DNA from: Octopus bimaculoides
Taxonomy: Eukaryota
Direction: 5' to 3'
Assembly: GCF_001194135.2 (NCBI RefSeq)
Contig: NC_068991.1
Location: 73,252,057-73,316,056, forward strand
DNA: 64,000 bases
Part shown: piece by piece, positions 49,016-62,497 of the stretch
Layout: each line of letters starts with the position of its first letter
How positions within the stretch are numbered: position 1 is the stretch's first letter
Program-made: the position numbers and the translations under genes
The notes under the pieces: model-generated
What the model saw: only the letters and a program-made list of their open reading frames with translations
Told to the model about the DNA's origin: nothing
Databases searched by the model: none

Positions 49016-49646
49016 AATTTGGTTTTTTCCCGTTTTTGTCATTTTTGCTTCTATGAGCAAAAAACACTGAAATGTTTCTTTGCTTTGTTACCACGTGTAG
49101 AGCAAATGCACTTTCTATCCAGAAGTACTTGAATTAGTTCTTTTTCTTTCAAGACCTCAATGAAGCAGTGCTCTGGTATGTTTCTCTGATCTTTAAGGAT
49201 TAATAGGGATCGTATGTCCATTAATGTATGTATTTCTAGTGAGGCCACGTCCAGCCATATATAATTTCTGGGAACATTCACTTCCACAAAGAAATATTTT
49301 GAGGTACTGTTCCACTAAAGCAACCACGGTCTCTATTTCAGCTTACGTCTTTGCATGTGTCCCCCGTAGTTATCGACTCAAGTATCGCAACACTGGTGTA
49401 TGAGCTGGTATGTGACATATCTAATTAGTCTGTCTCTTTGCCCAGTCTTCAGTTTTAAAAACTAAGCACACATGCTCCGCGGTTCTCTCCACAACCTATT
49501 GACAAGTCGTTTCTCATAATGCCTGCTTGGGATAGAGCTAATTATTCCTTTGATCCATATCAGATTTCCTGCATCGCTCCATTTTGAACGAAGCGAAAGT
49601 AAAAGACTACCATTTTTATTTTCTCTTTCTTGAATAAAATATTTTA

Positions 49647-49856
49647 AGGCGGCGAGCTGACAGAATCGTTTGCACAACGGGCGAAATGCTTAGCGGTACT
49701 TCGTCTGTCTTTACGTTCTGAATTCAAATTCCACCGAGGTCAACTTAGCTTGCATCCTTTCGATGAAATAAATACCAGTCGAGCAGTGGGGGTCGATGTA
49801 ATCGACTGGCCCCATTCCTCCAAAGTTTTCAAGGTCTTGTGCTTAAAATAGAAATA
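49647..49856 (+). mobile_element. SINE-A, near full-length
   Basis: aggcggcgagctgacagaatcg...gaattcaaattccaccgaggtcaac...gggtcgatgtaatcgactggccc...gtcttgtgc. Confidence 0.92.
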
Positions 49857-50244
49857 ATTATTACATAATTTTACCCATTTTCGTATTCAAAATTTGTTAT
49901 CAGAACAAAATATGAAGCTAAGAGCTTGCCAGCTGCTTACTTTATTTGGCATGGAAAATGGTTGCACGTGTAAATTTCTGTTATTAAGAGATACATCGCT
50001 GTTAACTTCGCAAATATTTATTCTAAAATGATTAGAATTATTATTTATTGAAAATAATATTTGTATTTTCTCCTGTAACATTTTTTAACATTTTGATTTT
50101 TTTTTAGTTTTAAGCGAAAAGCATCAAATATTAAGTATTACCCCAACCTGCCTCTGTCGCATGTTGTTGTACATAAACGTACATATACGCAGATGTATAC
50201 AAGCATACGTAGACATACATACAGACTCACGTGTTTGTCTTTGG

Positions 50245-50444
50245 ATTGCGTCATGATGGACACGGCCTTCAGGAATTTCAGTCGGTCCAACAAGTACATT
50301 TTCTTTTGTTTATTGTTATTTAATCTATTGGTGTCTTTTGCCGGACACCTGAGCTATAGGATGTAAACAAGATAAGACAACTGCAGTTGTACAGCCATGA
50401 GAAATACAAACACAAGGACACACGCACACACATGCTCACAAGTA

Positions 50445-50477
<33 letters not shown>

Positions 50478-50580
50478 ACGACGGACTTCTTTCAGTTTCC
50501 GTCTACCAAATCCACTAACAATGCTTTGGTCGTCCCAGAACTATGTGATTGGGAAGCAAACTGTGTGAGCGCGTGCGTGC
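50245..50580 (-). mobile_element. SINE-B with deleted core and diverged 3' half
   Basis: gacggacttctttcagtttccgtctaccaaatccact is near-perfect. The internal (TG)n is present, and the 3' half is degenerate (ttgccggacacctgagctataggatgtaaac). Confidence 0.75.
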
Positions 50581-51059
50581 CTAGTTTTGTATGTATGTGT
50601 GTATGTGTGTTGTGTGTTGTGTGTGTGTCTATCTGTATGCAAGCCAACTCTTAATATATGTGTATCAGGTCACTCGTGATGTTTCTTATGAGCGCTTTTC
50701 GTAACATGAAATCTAATTACAACCTGTGGAATGGTTAGGTCGTCGGCGACAAAAGCTGCGCGACCACTAAGCTTGCCTGATGAAGAGGATTGCTAAAAGC
50801 CCAACAGGACTGAAAGCAAGCCTTGTAAAAAGAACGGATAGACCTAGTGTAGGTTAAATGGCTATCTTACAAAATCATGGGGTGTCAGAAATTCCGGGTT
50901 GGTGGCTAGCACGTTGAAGGAACACTGGGAATGAAGCAACCCTTAGTATGTCACTAGGAGAAGGTCACGTTGATATAATACCAGATGTGCAGGGAACAGC
51001 ATTGCATATCTTGGGGATCCTCTGATTGCTCTTGAGATCATGGTGTTCCTACGTTCCTG

Positions 51060-51258
51060 AGACTGCGACCCATATTGGCACAGAATATTTTGCCCTGGCT
51101 TATTTCTGGACCATGTCATTAGAGTGAAGAGGGTCTGAAAAGTGATAGGCAAGTTTTATTGGATCTAAAATTTCAGGTTGGGCAACCACCAGCGTGGTAA
51201 CTATCAAATGCCCGGCCAAAAAGGAGGACAGCGCTGCTTAGCACGGAAGGGACTGACG
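51060..51258 (+). mobile_element. Possible decayed RTE 3' end leading into a (GAT)n tail
   Basis: LDHVIRV (~GHV.RM), DRQVLL..GQPPAW and EDSAA*H (~DR..WR) occur across frameshifts, immediately followed by GAT repeats. Confidence 0.4.
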
Positions 51259-51273
51259 ATGATGAAGATGATA

Positions 51274-51313
<40 letters not shown>

Positions 51314-51430
51314 CGACGACGATGATGATGAAGAAGAAGAAGAAGAAGAAGAAGAAGAAGAAGAAGAAGAAGAAGAAGAAGAAGAAGAAGAAGAAGAAGA
51401 AGAAGAAGAAGAAGACGGAGAAGAAGAAAA
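51256..51430. repeat. Compound (GAT)n(GAC)n(GAT)n(GAA)n trinucleotide repeat
   Basis: Seen directly. The pure GAA tract is about 28 units. Confidence 0.95.
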
Positions 51431-52307
51431 TATGTGGGAGTTTATGGCCTGGTCCTCTCCAGCATGAAAGTACGATATGGCTAGGGATTGGGGAGGGGCG
51501 TATATATTTAATGAATTGAAGTAATTTAGTGATATCCATTTCATTGCAAATTAAGTATTATTTTCTTTGTTAATTAGAACTTAATTAGTGGTGAAAGAAC
51601 GAGCAACAATTACAAGACTAACAAGAACAATTTATAAATTAGCATAGTCAACTGATCAATGAAGCAGATTTGCCAAATTCTAAAACTGTCGAATGATCGA
51701 TATCATATTGAACAAAGCAATATTGCTACTAATACGCTCATTACAAACGTCTGACAAGGTAAGGTAATAATTTGCACACACATACAGACATACATACACA
51801 CACGCACACACACACGCGAGCATATCTATAATTTACGACGTAGAAATTTAGAAAATTCGAGAGAACATGAAATAATTGGATTTTAACTTTAGGACTGGGA
51901 GTAGATAAAATTAAATGCAATAGCATGTAAATATTGGGTTAAAAGCCTCTTTGGATAAAAACGAAAAATGTGTCGAACGTTAGAACGTTTCACATGTGCC
52001 GAGACATTGCAGATGTCTTAACAGCGAACTAAGGCAATTCTTTGATAATTCCTTGTTTACTTTCAAGGCTTTATCCTGACTGGAGAGAATTGTCTGTTGT
52101 CGACTTTGTAAGAATGTAGAAGCTTTGAGAAAACAAGAAATGGTTGCTTTTAACTATAGAACTCGAAGTAGATAATGATGTGAACAACAATATGTTGGGT
52201 CCAGTCACACAGCCAGCCTTCGATTTTTCTATCAAAAGGAGAAGGGTTAACCTTCCATATTTATATATTATCATTTATAGCTTTATCTACTTCGACTTCT
52301 TCAGTTA

Positions 52308-52380
<73 letters not shown>

Positions 52381-52421
52381 GCACACACACACACACACAC
52401 AAACACACAAACACACAAACA

Positions 52422-52458
<37 letters not shown>

Positions 52459-53580
52459 ACACATATATATATACGCGTGCATGCATGTATATGTATGTAT
52501 GTATCTGTGTATGAAATTATACTCATGTCACATAAATATAAATTTTATGTACAAATTAGTTATTAAATTATTGACTATCAACTGAAACGGCTGTAAGAAG
52601 AGATGATGACCAATTTCTTAATAATAAACAATTAACTTATCTCCCTTTTCTTTTGTTCTGTTAAAAGGATAATTTATATGGTATATATATATTTATGTGT
52701 GTGTGCGCGCATGTGTGTGTATGCATATATGCATACCTACGTACACTATCCTCTCTCACGATGAAAACATGTACAATCGAAAGTCAGAGTTAATTTGCTT
52801 GTGTTGACATAGATACCAATACATTTTGAAATGAAAACAGTAATGTTTCCACTCAGCTTTCCAAATGCAAAAGGATTCCAGAACTGATTTCTCTAACAAA
52901 AATAATATCACCCCGGTGCAACGAATAATATACATAGGATTCATATTGATATTGGTTAAATTTTTATTTTATCATTATAATATTTATTTTATCATTATAA
53001 TATTTATTTACACATTTGAATATTTCTAACTCTCAACAACATATATCTATTATTCTTTTATTACAACCGATTCATATTAGATTTCTGAACTATTTTGAAA
53101 AGCTTTTTGTGAATATCAAACGGTCGTCGATATTATTAATAATTCCTATTTTTGATATTCGCCAATCATCCTTAAAGGTGAATTTACGCAAGGATTGTGA
53201 ATTTTCATCTTTTTATATTTTTTTTACCTGACGTCGTATATTGAAAACTTTAAACGGATTTATATACATTGATCAGTAGTCGTTCTTTTTTCCGTATATA
53301 TGTATGTATGTGTGTATGTGTGTGTGTCTGAGTGAGAGAGTGATAGAGTTTTTGCATACACACATATACATACGCGCGCGCATATATATATTTATTATAC
53401 ATACGCACATATATAAGAGTATGAATCTCGTATACGTTATACATANNNNNNNNNNNNNNNNNNNNNNNNNNNNNNNNNNNNNNNNNNNNNNNNNNNNNNN
53501 NNNNNNNNNNNNNNNNNNNNNNNNNNNNNNNNNNNNNNNNNNNNNNNNNNNNNNNNNNNNNNNNNNNNNNNNNNNNNNAA

Positions 53581-53611
<31 letters not shown>

Positions 53612-53700
53612 TGCATATATATATGCATACATATAGATACATACATACATACATATATATACACGTGTATATATATATATATATATATATACATATATAC

Positions 53701-53746
<46 letters not shown>

Positions 53747-53765
53747 GTGTGTGTGTGTGTGTGTA

Positions 53766-53796
<31 letters not shown>

Positions 53797-56700
53797 ATGT
53801 ATGTATGCATGCATGTATGTATGTATGTATATGCAGTCGGAACACCCAATGCAGCATTCCAAAGCTAACATAACAGGGAAATACAATTAGAAATTAATAA
53901 CATAAAATTGTGTTTATCCTAATATGTGCTATTTACGTTCATATACTTATAATGTGTTTTGGGAAACACAGGACGTTCATAAGAAATGTTTTATCTACGA
54001 CAAAATCAACTGTGACTTGCCTGTGAACGATGTATATAGATCAAATAGGATACATAGATGCCTGTTCTAATTTAATTCTGCTTAATTTGTGTATATACAG
54101 GATTATGTATGGAGGTCGGTGACTATTGATAATATTAGTGAATGTATTATTTATTATATATGGAGACGTCAAAATCTCGTTTGGGCATGTGGCTGGTTGC
54201 GACCACACGTCATAAACAGCCTGAAAAGTCCGAGATCTTCTAGAGGTCTCGCTAGCTTTTGCTGGGACGCGAAAAGTATATTGTTTTGTGTATATTGTTT
54301 TATGTCCACAAAAGATTTTATCTCAGACGAATACCGTAGTTGCTTGCCTGTCAACAGTATATCTTCGTTAACTAGCATACTTCATCGATCGCTATTTTTA
54401 TTCAATAGTACTTAAAATGTGTACTTGGAATTGTGTGTCTGTGTTTCAATGTATGTACGTGTATGTATGTTTATAAGTGTATGGAAGTCTATGTATGTTT
54501 GCATGTATACATATATAAATATATATATGTATATATATATGTCTGAGTGCGTATTAATGAATGGGTGTATATAAATATATATTTGTGTGTGTCTGCGTAT
54601 GTGTGTTACTAAAATAAGTATCATCTTTGATATAACGAGTGTATGAGATATATATCTGTGTATTCATGCATGTGTATCCGGGCGTGCTTGTGTCTGCTAA
54701 TATTACTAAAATAAACATCCTCTTTGATGTTACGAGCGTATGAAATATTTAAAAAATCTACAATATTCTTGTTGCATGAAATCAATGATATTATTAGACA
54801 GTAACAGTATTTTATTTATTCCTGTGGAAACCTTTCCGGAATCTATTATAATATCTATACAGAACACAATAGAGTTGTTTTATTGATGGTTTTTGGTGTG
54901 GTTTCCATTTTTGTTTTGGGATCTGTCGTTGATTTTTGCTATCGTTGTTGTTGGTGACGCTTTTAATTATTCCCTTTCGTTTCAAATCGATCTACCAGAC
55001 CCTATACGAAGAGTGGAAGATTATCGATTTGCACTTCGTAGCATCCACACATCTAGTATACATAATATTTTATCAGATATTGTATCTAGTATTTAATATT
55101 TTCCAAGCAAATATCTTGTACTTCATTTTGACTTCGTCGCTTGATGTTTTGTGTATTGTTTCAATCTTATTATTATTGCCTTTGCCGTCTCCGAGACTAC
55201 AGCCGCCATCATTGATTTTTGTTGCTACTATAGTTGCTTTTTTCTTTGTTATTTGTTAAGAACAAGGCGCTGAATTGATAAATACCTTCAATTTGAAATA
55301 AAATCAAAATGTTGAATAGAAAAATATAAGCATCATTTTAAAATTACAAGAAGAAAATCAGGAATTACAGTTTTCGATTTTATAGTATGCTGATTTCATT
55401 GTCTGTCTGTAGCCAATTTTCTTCTCTTACGTTGGTAAAATTGCTTTAAAAAAACAACGACTCCTCGATCCTGCTCATTTTTACATTTTAGTCGGGTAGT
55501 TGAGAATGGTAAAATCAGTGAGGTCGATGCGTAGCCGAATACCAGAGAATTGGCATTCTAAGTAGGAAGGGTTAGAATTGATGGCTGCTGTGTAAAACAT
55601 AGTATGGGAGATTAAAGGATAACAAAGTGGTGTCAGACATATCGAGCAAAGTGGTAGTATACAATTAGCGAGTGCTGAATTGCAGAAATCGATAAAATAG
55701 ACAAAACTAGGAGACAGTGTGTCTTAAAGCCTGAATGTTTGTACATATGTAAGGAAATATTCAATAGCAGGAAACGTACATAACAGAAATATAGAAAATT
55801 CATTTGAAACGGTCAGTGAAACTTCCACGCGATTATAGGAAGCTGAAATGGAAATGAAAGGTAGTTTTGAAACAAGTATTCACTTAATGATGTCTAAATG
55901 ATACGTGTTTCACATTGGAATCGCAGAACACTTTGGTTGGAGTCCACTTTCGTCTATTGAATCAGGTAAACTACCTGAATCTTATATATTTTATGAACTC
56001 AGGTGGCGGGATTGGGCTTAAAAATAATCAGAGTCGCTCAATGTAGAATTTGGTTCCAGACTGTAACTGTAGATGAATAAATAGTGTTAAACACTTACTT
56101 CATGTTTTGTAGCTTTTACGCCAATTTACTCGTAAATATCACTCACTGGTGCTTAAACTCTGAAGTTTACAAAAACAACCGATCTTATCTTTCTATAGAA
56201 AAGCAGAACTGAATGAATTGACCCTGTACATTAGCGGTACTTATTTCAATTATGGCTCATGAAATGACGACAGGCAAAGTGAAACCTAGAATCAATGTCT
56301 TTAGAGAGGAATCATATGCTAGTCTTTTCAAAGCTGCAATAATTATGTAACCCCGAGTTCCCTATAAAGCTTTTTATTGATAATATACACCAATACTTTG
56401 TTGAGGTTTGCTAATCAGGCTTGCATACAGATTATGAATGAAACCATTAAGCTAATAGAATGTTCGTTTACTATCGTATCATAGAGATGTGCTAAAAATG
56501 TGATCAAATACAACATAACCGAATAAAAGAGATTAGTGAAAGGCAATACGTATTACTGTATAGAATAGCAGTATAGTGATAAAATAGTATAAGAAAAGAT
56601 ATGAGGTTGAACAGATCAATGCTGACAGTTGTATTAGTAACACTTCTTTTCAACATAACAAATTGAAAACTGCATGTTATCACCAAAATATAAACGAAGT

Positions 56701-57340
56701 GCTAGAAGAGATACGAATTCCACCTGGTGATCCGTCATTTCTTTGTGTTTGTTATCTTATATTTTTATTCCCAAGTTTATATTCAATATGACGAGGAATG
56801 CATATTATATAATGAAAAATGGAAAGAAAACAAACAAGACCGTGTAGCGTATTTACATATGCAGCAAGCAAAATGAAAGTAATCTTCACGCAGGTGGTAA
56901 TGGGTTAGGTGATCTTCGCTGTTAGCTCAGACACCTCACAGAGAAAACAAAACAGACAATTAGTTACGATATGTAGCAAAGCATGAATTGAGAAAAAAAA
57001 AAGTATACATTCACTACAATCATACAGCGATGTATTTGCTGGCAAAAATAAGCAACATAACTTCACTGCATCAGACAAGATATAAATAAACGAAGCGTAA
57101 TAATAAGAAAATATAGAAAAACGTAAACGTTTTAAAAATCTTAAAGTTGTATAGTTTGACAAAATACAATCTGTATAGAATGTCCCCAAAGCGATTAGAA
57201 AATCTCTTTTGATAAACAGGTTAGTTACATACGATTGAAAACCTTATATGTTAAAAGAAGTCCACGTTATATCTCTGCTATATCTATGTTTCTTTCACTG
57301 GGCATTAAAAAAATTGTATTATTGGTTATGCTTCTGCTAG

Positions 57341-57667
57341 GAGAGAAAGAGCATCACTGATGATCTTTTTGTAGCAGTTCAGACTTGTCTGAAAGACGTC
57401 GTGAAAGAAGCGAGCGAACTGGTTCGAATATTTGCAATGGTGGTGTTAAATTACCACCCTAATGAAGAAGCTCTCACCCTAACTGGTTTCACTCAAATGA
57501 CGTGGGTCCACCGACGATCTGGTATTAAAAACCTCTATCAAGGTGGCGCGCATAGGAACAAATCTGGGATCACGAAAGACTGCAAAGTAAACTCTGACTA
57601 TACGACATATCTGAAGAGCAAGTGTGTTTTTATGCGAATATCAGTTATCTATAATCTAGAAGCCTAA
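57341..57667 (+). other. 108-codon open frame beginning at an acceptor-like AG (exon or decayed LINE endonuclease)
   Basis: atgcttctgctag|GAG AGA AAG... gives ERKSITDDLFVAVQTCLKDVVKEASELVRIFAMVVLNYHPNEEALTLTGFTQMTWVHRRSG...*. There is weak similarity to APE motifs (I..GDFN.H, L.Q.V..PTR, SDH). Confidence 0.35.
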
Positions 57668-58254
57668 TTCCAGTTGCCCAACAATAAACATATTCATGGA
57701 TATTAGAGCGTGGATGCAAATCTTCACTGCACAATATCAACCATAGGAAAGAATGACAAACGCAGAGAAAAAGAAGACTATAATAGAAAGTAAGAAAAGC
57801 TTTTGCCTGATATAGGCACATAAATAAACAGAAACAAGTCTTTAGCGTGTTACTGTCATCAGTACACATATAATAATCAGCGTACACTGGTTCAGTTATC
57901 GTTATAGATTAATAATTGATATAAGTAAAGATGGAGATATAAAAAAATGCTAGAAGTAATTCATTAGTAAGGAAAAAACAGAACGGATCTAAGAACTGTC
58001 ACTTTGTTAAAATTGAATTCTGTGAAGTAGATAAACCGGAAGCCAAAATTAATGCAAACGTATTACAGAACAGAAAAAAAAAGATAAAGGAAACCCAAGA
58101 GGCTTTCCTCCATGTTGACCTCGGAAAATATCGACAAAAATTTCGTAGGTGCACCAGGAGTAGAAAACAGTCTTAATACATACCCCTTTCATAGTATTTG
58201 TTAAGAATGTTAATAAAACTAAAATTGACTAAAAGTAATGATGTTATTATATAT

Positions 58255-58378
58255 TGGTTTAAAAAGGATGAAAGGCAAAGTCGACCTCGGTGGAATTTGA
58301 ACTCAGAACGCAAAAGCAGACAAGATGCTGCTAAGTATTTCGTCCGGCGTGCTAACCATTCTGCTTGCTCGCCATCTT
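58255..58378 (-). mobile_element. SINE-A, 3'-truncated
   Basis: aaggatgaaaggcaaagtcgacctcggtggaatttgaactcagaacg...ctcgccatctt. Confidence 0.9.
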
Positions 58379-58391
58379 AATACTGTTATGT

Positions 58392-58607
58392 ATTCTGTTC
58401 TACTTTAGGAACAAGGCCTGAAATTTGGTGGGAGGGGACCAGTCGATTAGATCGACCCAGTACGCAACTGATACTTACTTTATCGACCCTGAAATGATGA
58501 AAAACAAAATCGACCTTGGCGGAATTTGAACTCAAAACGTAAAGACAGACGAAATACCACGAAGCATTTCGCCCGGCTTGCTAACGTTTCTGCCAGTTCG
58601 CCGCCTT
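58392..58607 (-). mobile_element. SINE-A, full-length
   Basis: Complete tail, body and head. Confidence 0.95.
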
Positions 58608-58849
58608 AATAGTGGTGCATATTAAAGTAGAAATGACATATATTGGCTCATAAGGAAATTTGATCAGGAGAAATGCAGAATCTGTGAATATTAAATCATT
58701 CTTCTAAATCTATATGTACTGAAAATCTAAGGAAATTGTATAGCAACAGCATTTATTTTCGTGTCTTTTTGTTTTTAGTAGTCATATTTTTGTTGCATAG
58801 CGTCACTTTGCATTACGTAGAGGTAAGGTGTTTTGTCTTGATTCTCCTC

Positions 58850-59075
58850 TTGTTTTGATTTTCATCTTTTTAAAGAATTCTATCAATGAAGCGTGTTGTG
58901 CCATTTTCGTTATGTTGCAGGTATTTTTAAATTCTGGGACTTACGTTATGGATAGTTCTATTTTTCTCAAGGCACGTTATATTATACTGGCTGCTTCTGT
59001 TTTCAGTCGAGACATTACGGTTATCTTTATTTTCAGATCTTCATATTTGGATAAGTACGCCGAACATTTCTAATA
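58850..59075 (-). mobile_element. R4/Dong-like (restriction-like endonuclease) non-LTR element C-terminal relic
   Basis: SKYEDLKIKITVMSRLKTEAASII*RALRK..VPEFKNTCNITKMAQHASLIEFFKK resembles EKLSKY.DL.IE..RMW.LKT...PI.IGALG...PG...I..QK.AL.....ILRK. Confidence 0.65.
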
Positions 59076-60214
59076 TAGAAAAACAGGAACAGTGTACGAA
59101 ATCGCAATGGGAAATAAGAACAATTTTTTTCTGTTTTGATTTTTGCTGACATGGGTACATGTACAGACAGAAACAGAATGCAACCGACATGTTACTCTCA
59201 TCAATAAATCGTATTCAGCGTACATCAGTTGAAGTGTTATTTTATACAAACACCTCAGTGAAGATGTAGTTTCTACGCCGTAGAGTAAAAACTCTAAAAA
59301 AACAGAAAGCTAATAACTAGAAAGAGTTGATTAGTCAGGAAAAAATACAGGAGGGATAAATGAAATGTTTCATTGTTGCAATTGAATTCTGAGAAACAGA
59401 TGAAAAAGAAAAAACAAAATTAAAACGAAAGAAATTACCAAAAAAAAGAAAGACAACTTGGGAGAATCCCTAAAGATTCGTTGATATTGTCGTGAATATT
59501 CAAACATATTTAGGGAAGTAGTAGAAGATGATTATACTAGTACAACAAAGGAGTTGGTTACGAATCCGTATAACAGTGAAAAACGACTGAAAACAACGAT
59601 GAGATGGTAATAATTTATATTGGTTTCTAAGAAAATTTGATTGGGATGAATGAGGAATTTGTACATTTTTAAGCCTTTTCTTTTCTACATACACGAATAG
59701 TGAAATGGAGATGGGGGTGGTATGTATTGAAAAAAATCCAAAGAAATAGCGAAAATAACAACAATGATAATTCTTTTTGTTTTTTAGTAGTCTTATTATT
59801 GTATACAACCGAGTAAGGCTCCGCATGTTGGATATGTGTAGCGTTTTGCTTTGGTTTTGTAAATTGTATTTCGTGATATTATTGAAAGTTCTCTTCTTAG
59901 GCATATCTCTTCATATCCTACACACAACAAAAATATTAACGCTTCCTCTCGGATAAGTTACTGACAGCTGCGCTGATGCTATTCCAGTAAAAGGAAAATG
60001 AAGCTGAAAATACCGGGAAAGTCTCGTCCATTTTCTAAAGCAGTTTTACTCTGGAAAAACTACTGTCTAGTGACGAAAAAGTTCTTTCGTGAATTATAAA
60101 GTCCTCAAACGTTCCACCTCCCAGTCGGCAGCCGATAGTTTTGGTCCACCAGTTTTACTCAGTTATCTTTTTCTTTTCTAATCAATAATGGTTCTATAAA
60201 CAACACTGCAACAG

Positions 60215-61700
60215 AGAAAGTCTTTGCTGCTCATTTTCGATGCTACTTTGCATTACATACACTCGACCAGTCTCCACCAAACATACCCTCTTCTTTCCAT
60301 CTGATTCACCACTCCGCGCACACACCAAATACAAAAATATCTCTAGTTGTTTCGAAGAAACAAAGCCATTAGCTAACAAATTTCTTCTCAATTACACTCG
60401 GTGTTTGCACCCAAGAACCCTCTATGATCCCCAAGCCCTTTGATTTCTCATTCTTTCTGGAGATTTACTCTGAAATTTGCAAATCCGTCTCAGTGTGCCT
60501 CATTCCAGTGAAACATAACTCCTCTGATCCAGCCAATTATTGTCCCATTGTTCTCACTTTTGACATCTTTATGGTAATGGAGACCGTGTGTTCTTCCTCG
60601 GTAATCACTTGCACGACTGATGCAGAACCAAATATACTGGATATCTAATCTCTTATGCCACTCGCCAGTGGGCATTCACTTCAGAGAAATTCAGTCACAG
60701 ATTCTTTGATGTTGGCCTATACATTAGCAAATCCTTCGATCGTGCCTGCTATGCAAATGTTTATCGCTACGGGATATATCCGTCTTTTTTATTAGTATCT
60801 TTCTATATTATCACATCATCGCAGCATCTGTTGACCGATCACATCTTGAGCTACTCTCAATCAACTGCGATATCTTCCAGACTGTGTTTTTACCTTAACT
60901 CACTTCCTTTTGTGCACCAGTGACGTACTTGCCGCCATATCCAACAATGACCACCCTTATGTAGACGTTACGATCATTTTTTTCCCTCTTACCTTTCCCA
61001 ACCATGCATCATTTGTCGTAAACACATATTTTAAGACAACCCATCAGCAGGACATTTTCACTATTGCTTCACTTAACAGCAAAATGCTCAAGCACTGATC
61101 TATCAAGAAAACACTGCCACGCTGCACTCCCATTAGACATGAGTGGCACTCAAACGTGCTTCAAATGATGGGTCTCAGTATCAACGAGGATCTTTTTTTA
61201 GCGAAAACAAACCCTTAGCATAGCTAGGCTCACATCCTAATGACTAACTTTTCTTCTCAAGATCAGAAAATATTCTAGCCTCTAACAGTTGCTGATACAC
61301 CAAAAAACTCAACTTAGGTTGATTACTATGATCCATTAAGTTGATTTTAGTTATCTATAATCAACTGTTCCAGGCAGTTTCGTTGCGACTCACGTAGAGA
61401 TCAGGAGATTTGCAGTTCGACCTAGTAGAAATCGTTCTCGAACGGACACCCTTCAGTCTCTGACACCTCCGTATCTCATTTCTATCAGTAGTAAAACGAT
61501 CTCTGTTCCTCGGTGATTATTGGTCCAGTACTTCTACTATTCAGAAATCCTTGATCCGTCTGTCTTTCCCCTATTATCACTCATGCCGAAGCCAACCCTT
61601 CGCACAAGCTATTACGGATAATTCTTTCACTCCAGATTATAGTCACACTAAACTTCTCCGACTAAAAGGTTGCAATTGTTTTAAGTATTAAGCTAATGCG
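60215..61700 (+). mobile_element. Heavily decayed CR1/Jockey-group LINE reverse transcriptase
   Basis: Motifs occur in order: CKSVSVCLIPVK..SSDPANYCPIVLT..VMETV (~WK.A.V.PIPK..SDPSNYRPI.LT..KVME), LYISKSFDRA (~LDISKAFDRV), INCDIFQTVFLP (~INSGVPQGSVLSP), HPYVDVT (~HSYADDT). Confidence 0.75.
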
Positions 61701-61939
61701 ACGATAATATTTTCTTTCATAGTTGTCTGTTGTACTATATAAAGTTCATTGATTCCTATAAAATTGGCACGCCTGTGTAGTCTAAATTATTTTATCACTT
61801 TTTCTCTTCCTAGAATGGTTTTAGTGCTCTTAATTACTAGGTGAATTGCGCTAATCGTATTAATCACTCTCATAAATATGTGCACTCTCTGTAGCAGTGT
61901 TTCTACTTGTTTATCATCCGTAGTATACAGCATGGAGTC

Positions 61940-62225
61940 GTTCAAGAAGAAGAAGATGATGATGATGATGTTGATGTGGATGATGATGATGAAGATGATG
62001 ATGATGAAGATGATGATGATGATGATTATGATGATGATGATGACAGCAACGACGACGTCGACGGCGATGATAACAATATTGACAATGATAGTGATGATGA
62101 TGATGATTAAAGATAACGTTATTAATAAATCATAGGCTAAGCAGTGCTTTCAACGAGGAACTATATTCGTGTTAACGTAATTTATATAATAAATTTATTA
62201 TTTTGCAATGGCCACAACGACGACA

Positions 62226-62257
<32 letters not shown>

Positions 62258-62389
62258 AACGGCGAGGATGATAGCTATGATGATGTTGCTGAAGGTGGTG
62301 GCCGTAGGTTTAATGGCGCTACAACCGATGATGATTATTAGTACGATGACAACATGGATGATTATCAAGATTATGAGCAACGGCATCTT

Positions 62390-62456
<67 letters not shown>

Positions 62457-62470
62457 GTCTTCTTAATAAA
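61940..62470. repeat. Cryptic (GAT)n low-complexity region with a (CAT)n tract at about 62393-62456
   Basis: Seen directly. Confidence 0.9.
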
Positions 62471-62497
62471 GAAAGAGAGCGGGGAGAACAGCAGTCG

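Noticed and set aside
50771-50821. GCTTGC-CTGATGA...GAAA-GCAAGC hammerhead-like string
   Set aside because: The flanking helix closes directly after GAAA, leaving no stem III or cleavage triplet, and stem II does not pair.
51173-51544. Poly-Ser, poly-Lys and poly-Phe ORFs
   Set aside because: These are translations of the GAT/GAA trinucleotide tract.
55500-55900. Possible additional PLE RT relic on the minus strand
   Set aside because: Only a faint TTFHFHF / FYRF resemblance, not enough without a profile search.
5192-58607. Recurrent ~200-bp repeats as a CRISPR array or tRNA genes
   Set aside because: The copies are dispersed, in both orientations and without unique spacers. The heads have only A/B-box-like motifs and no cloverleaf or anticodon, so these are SINEs.
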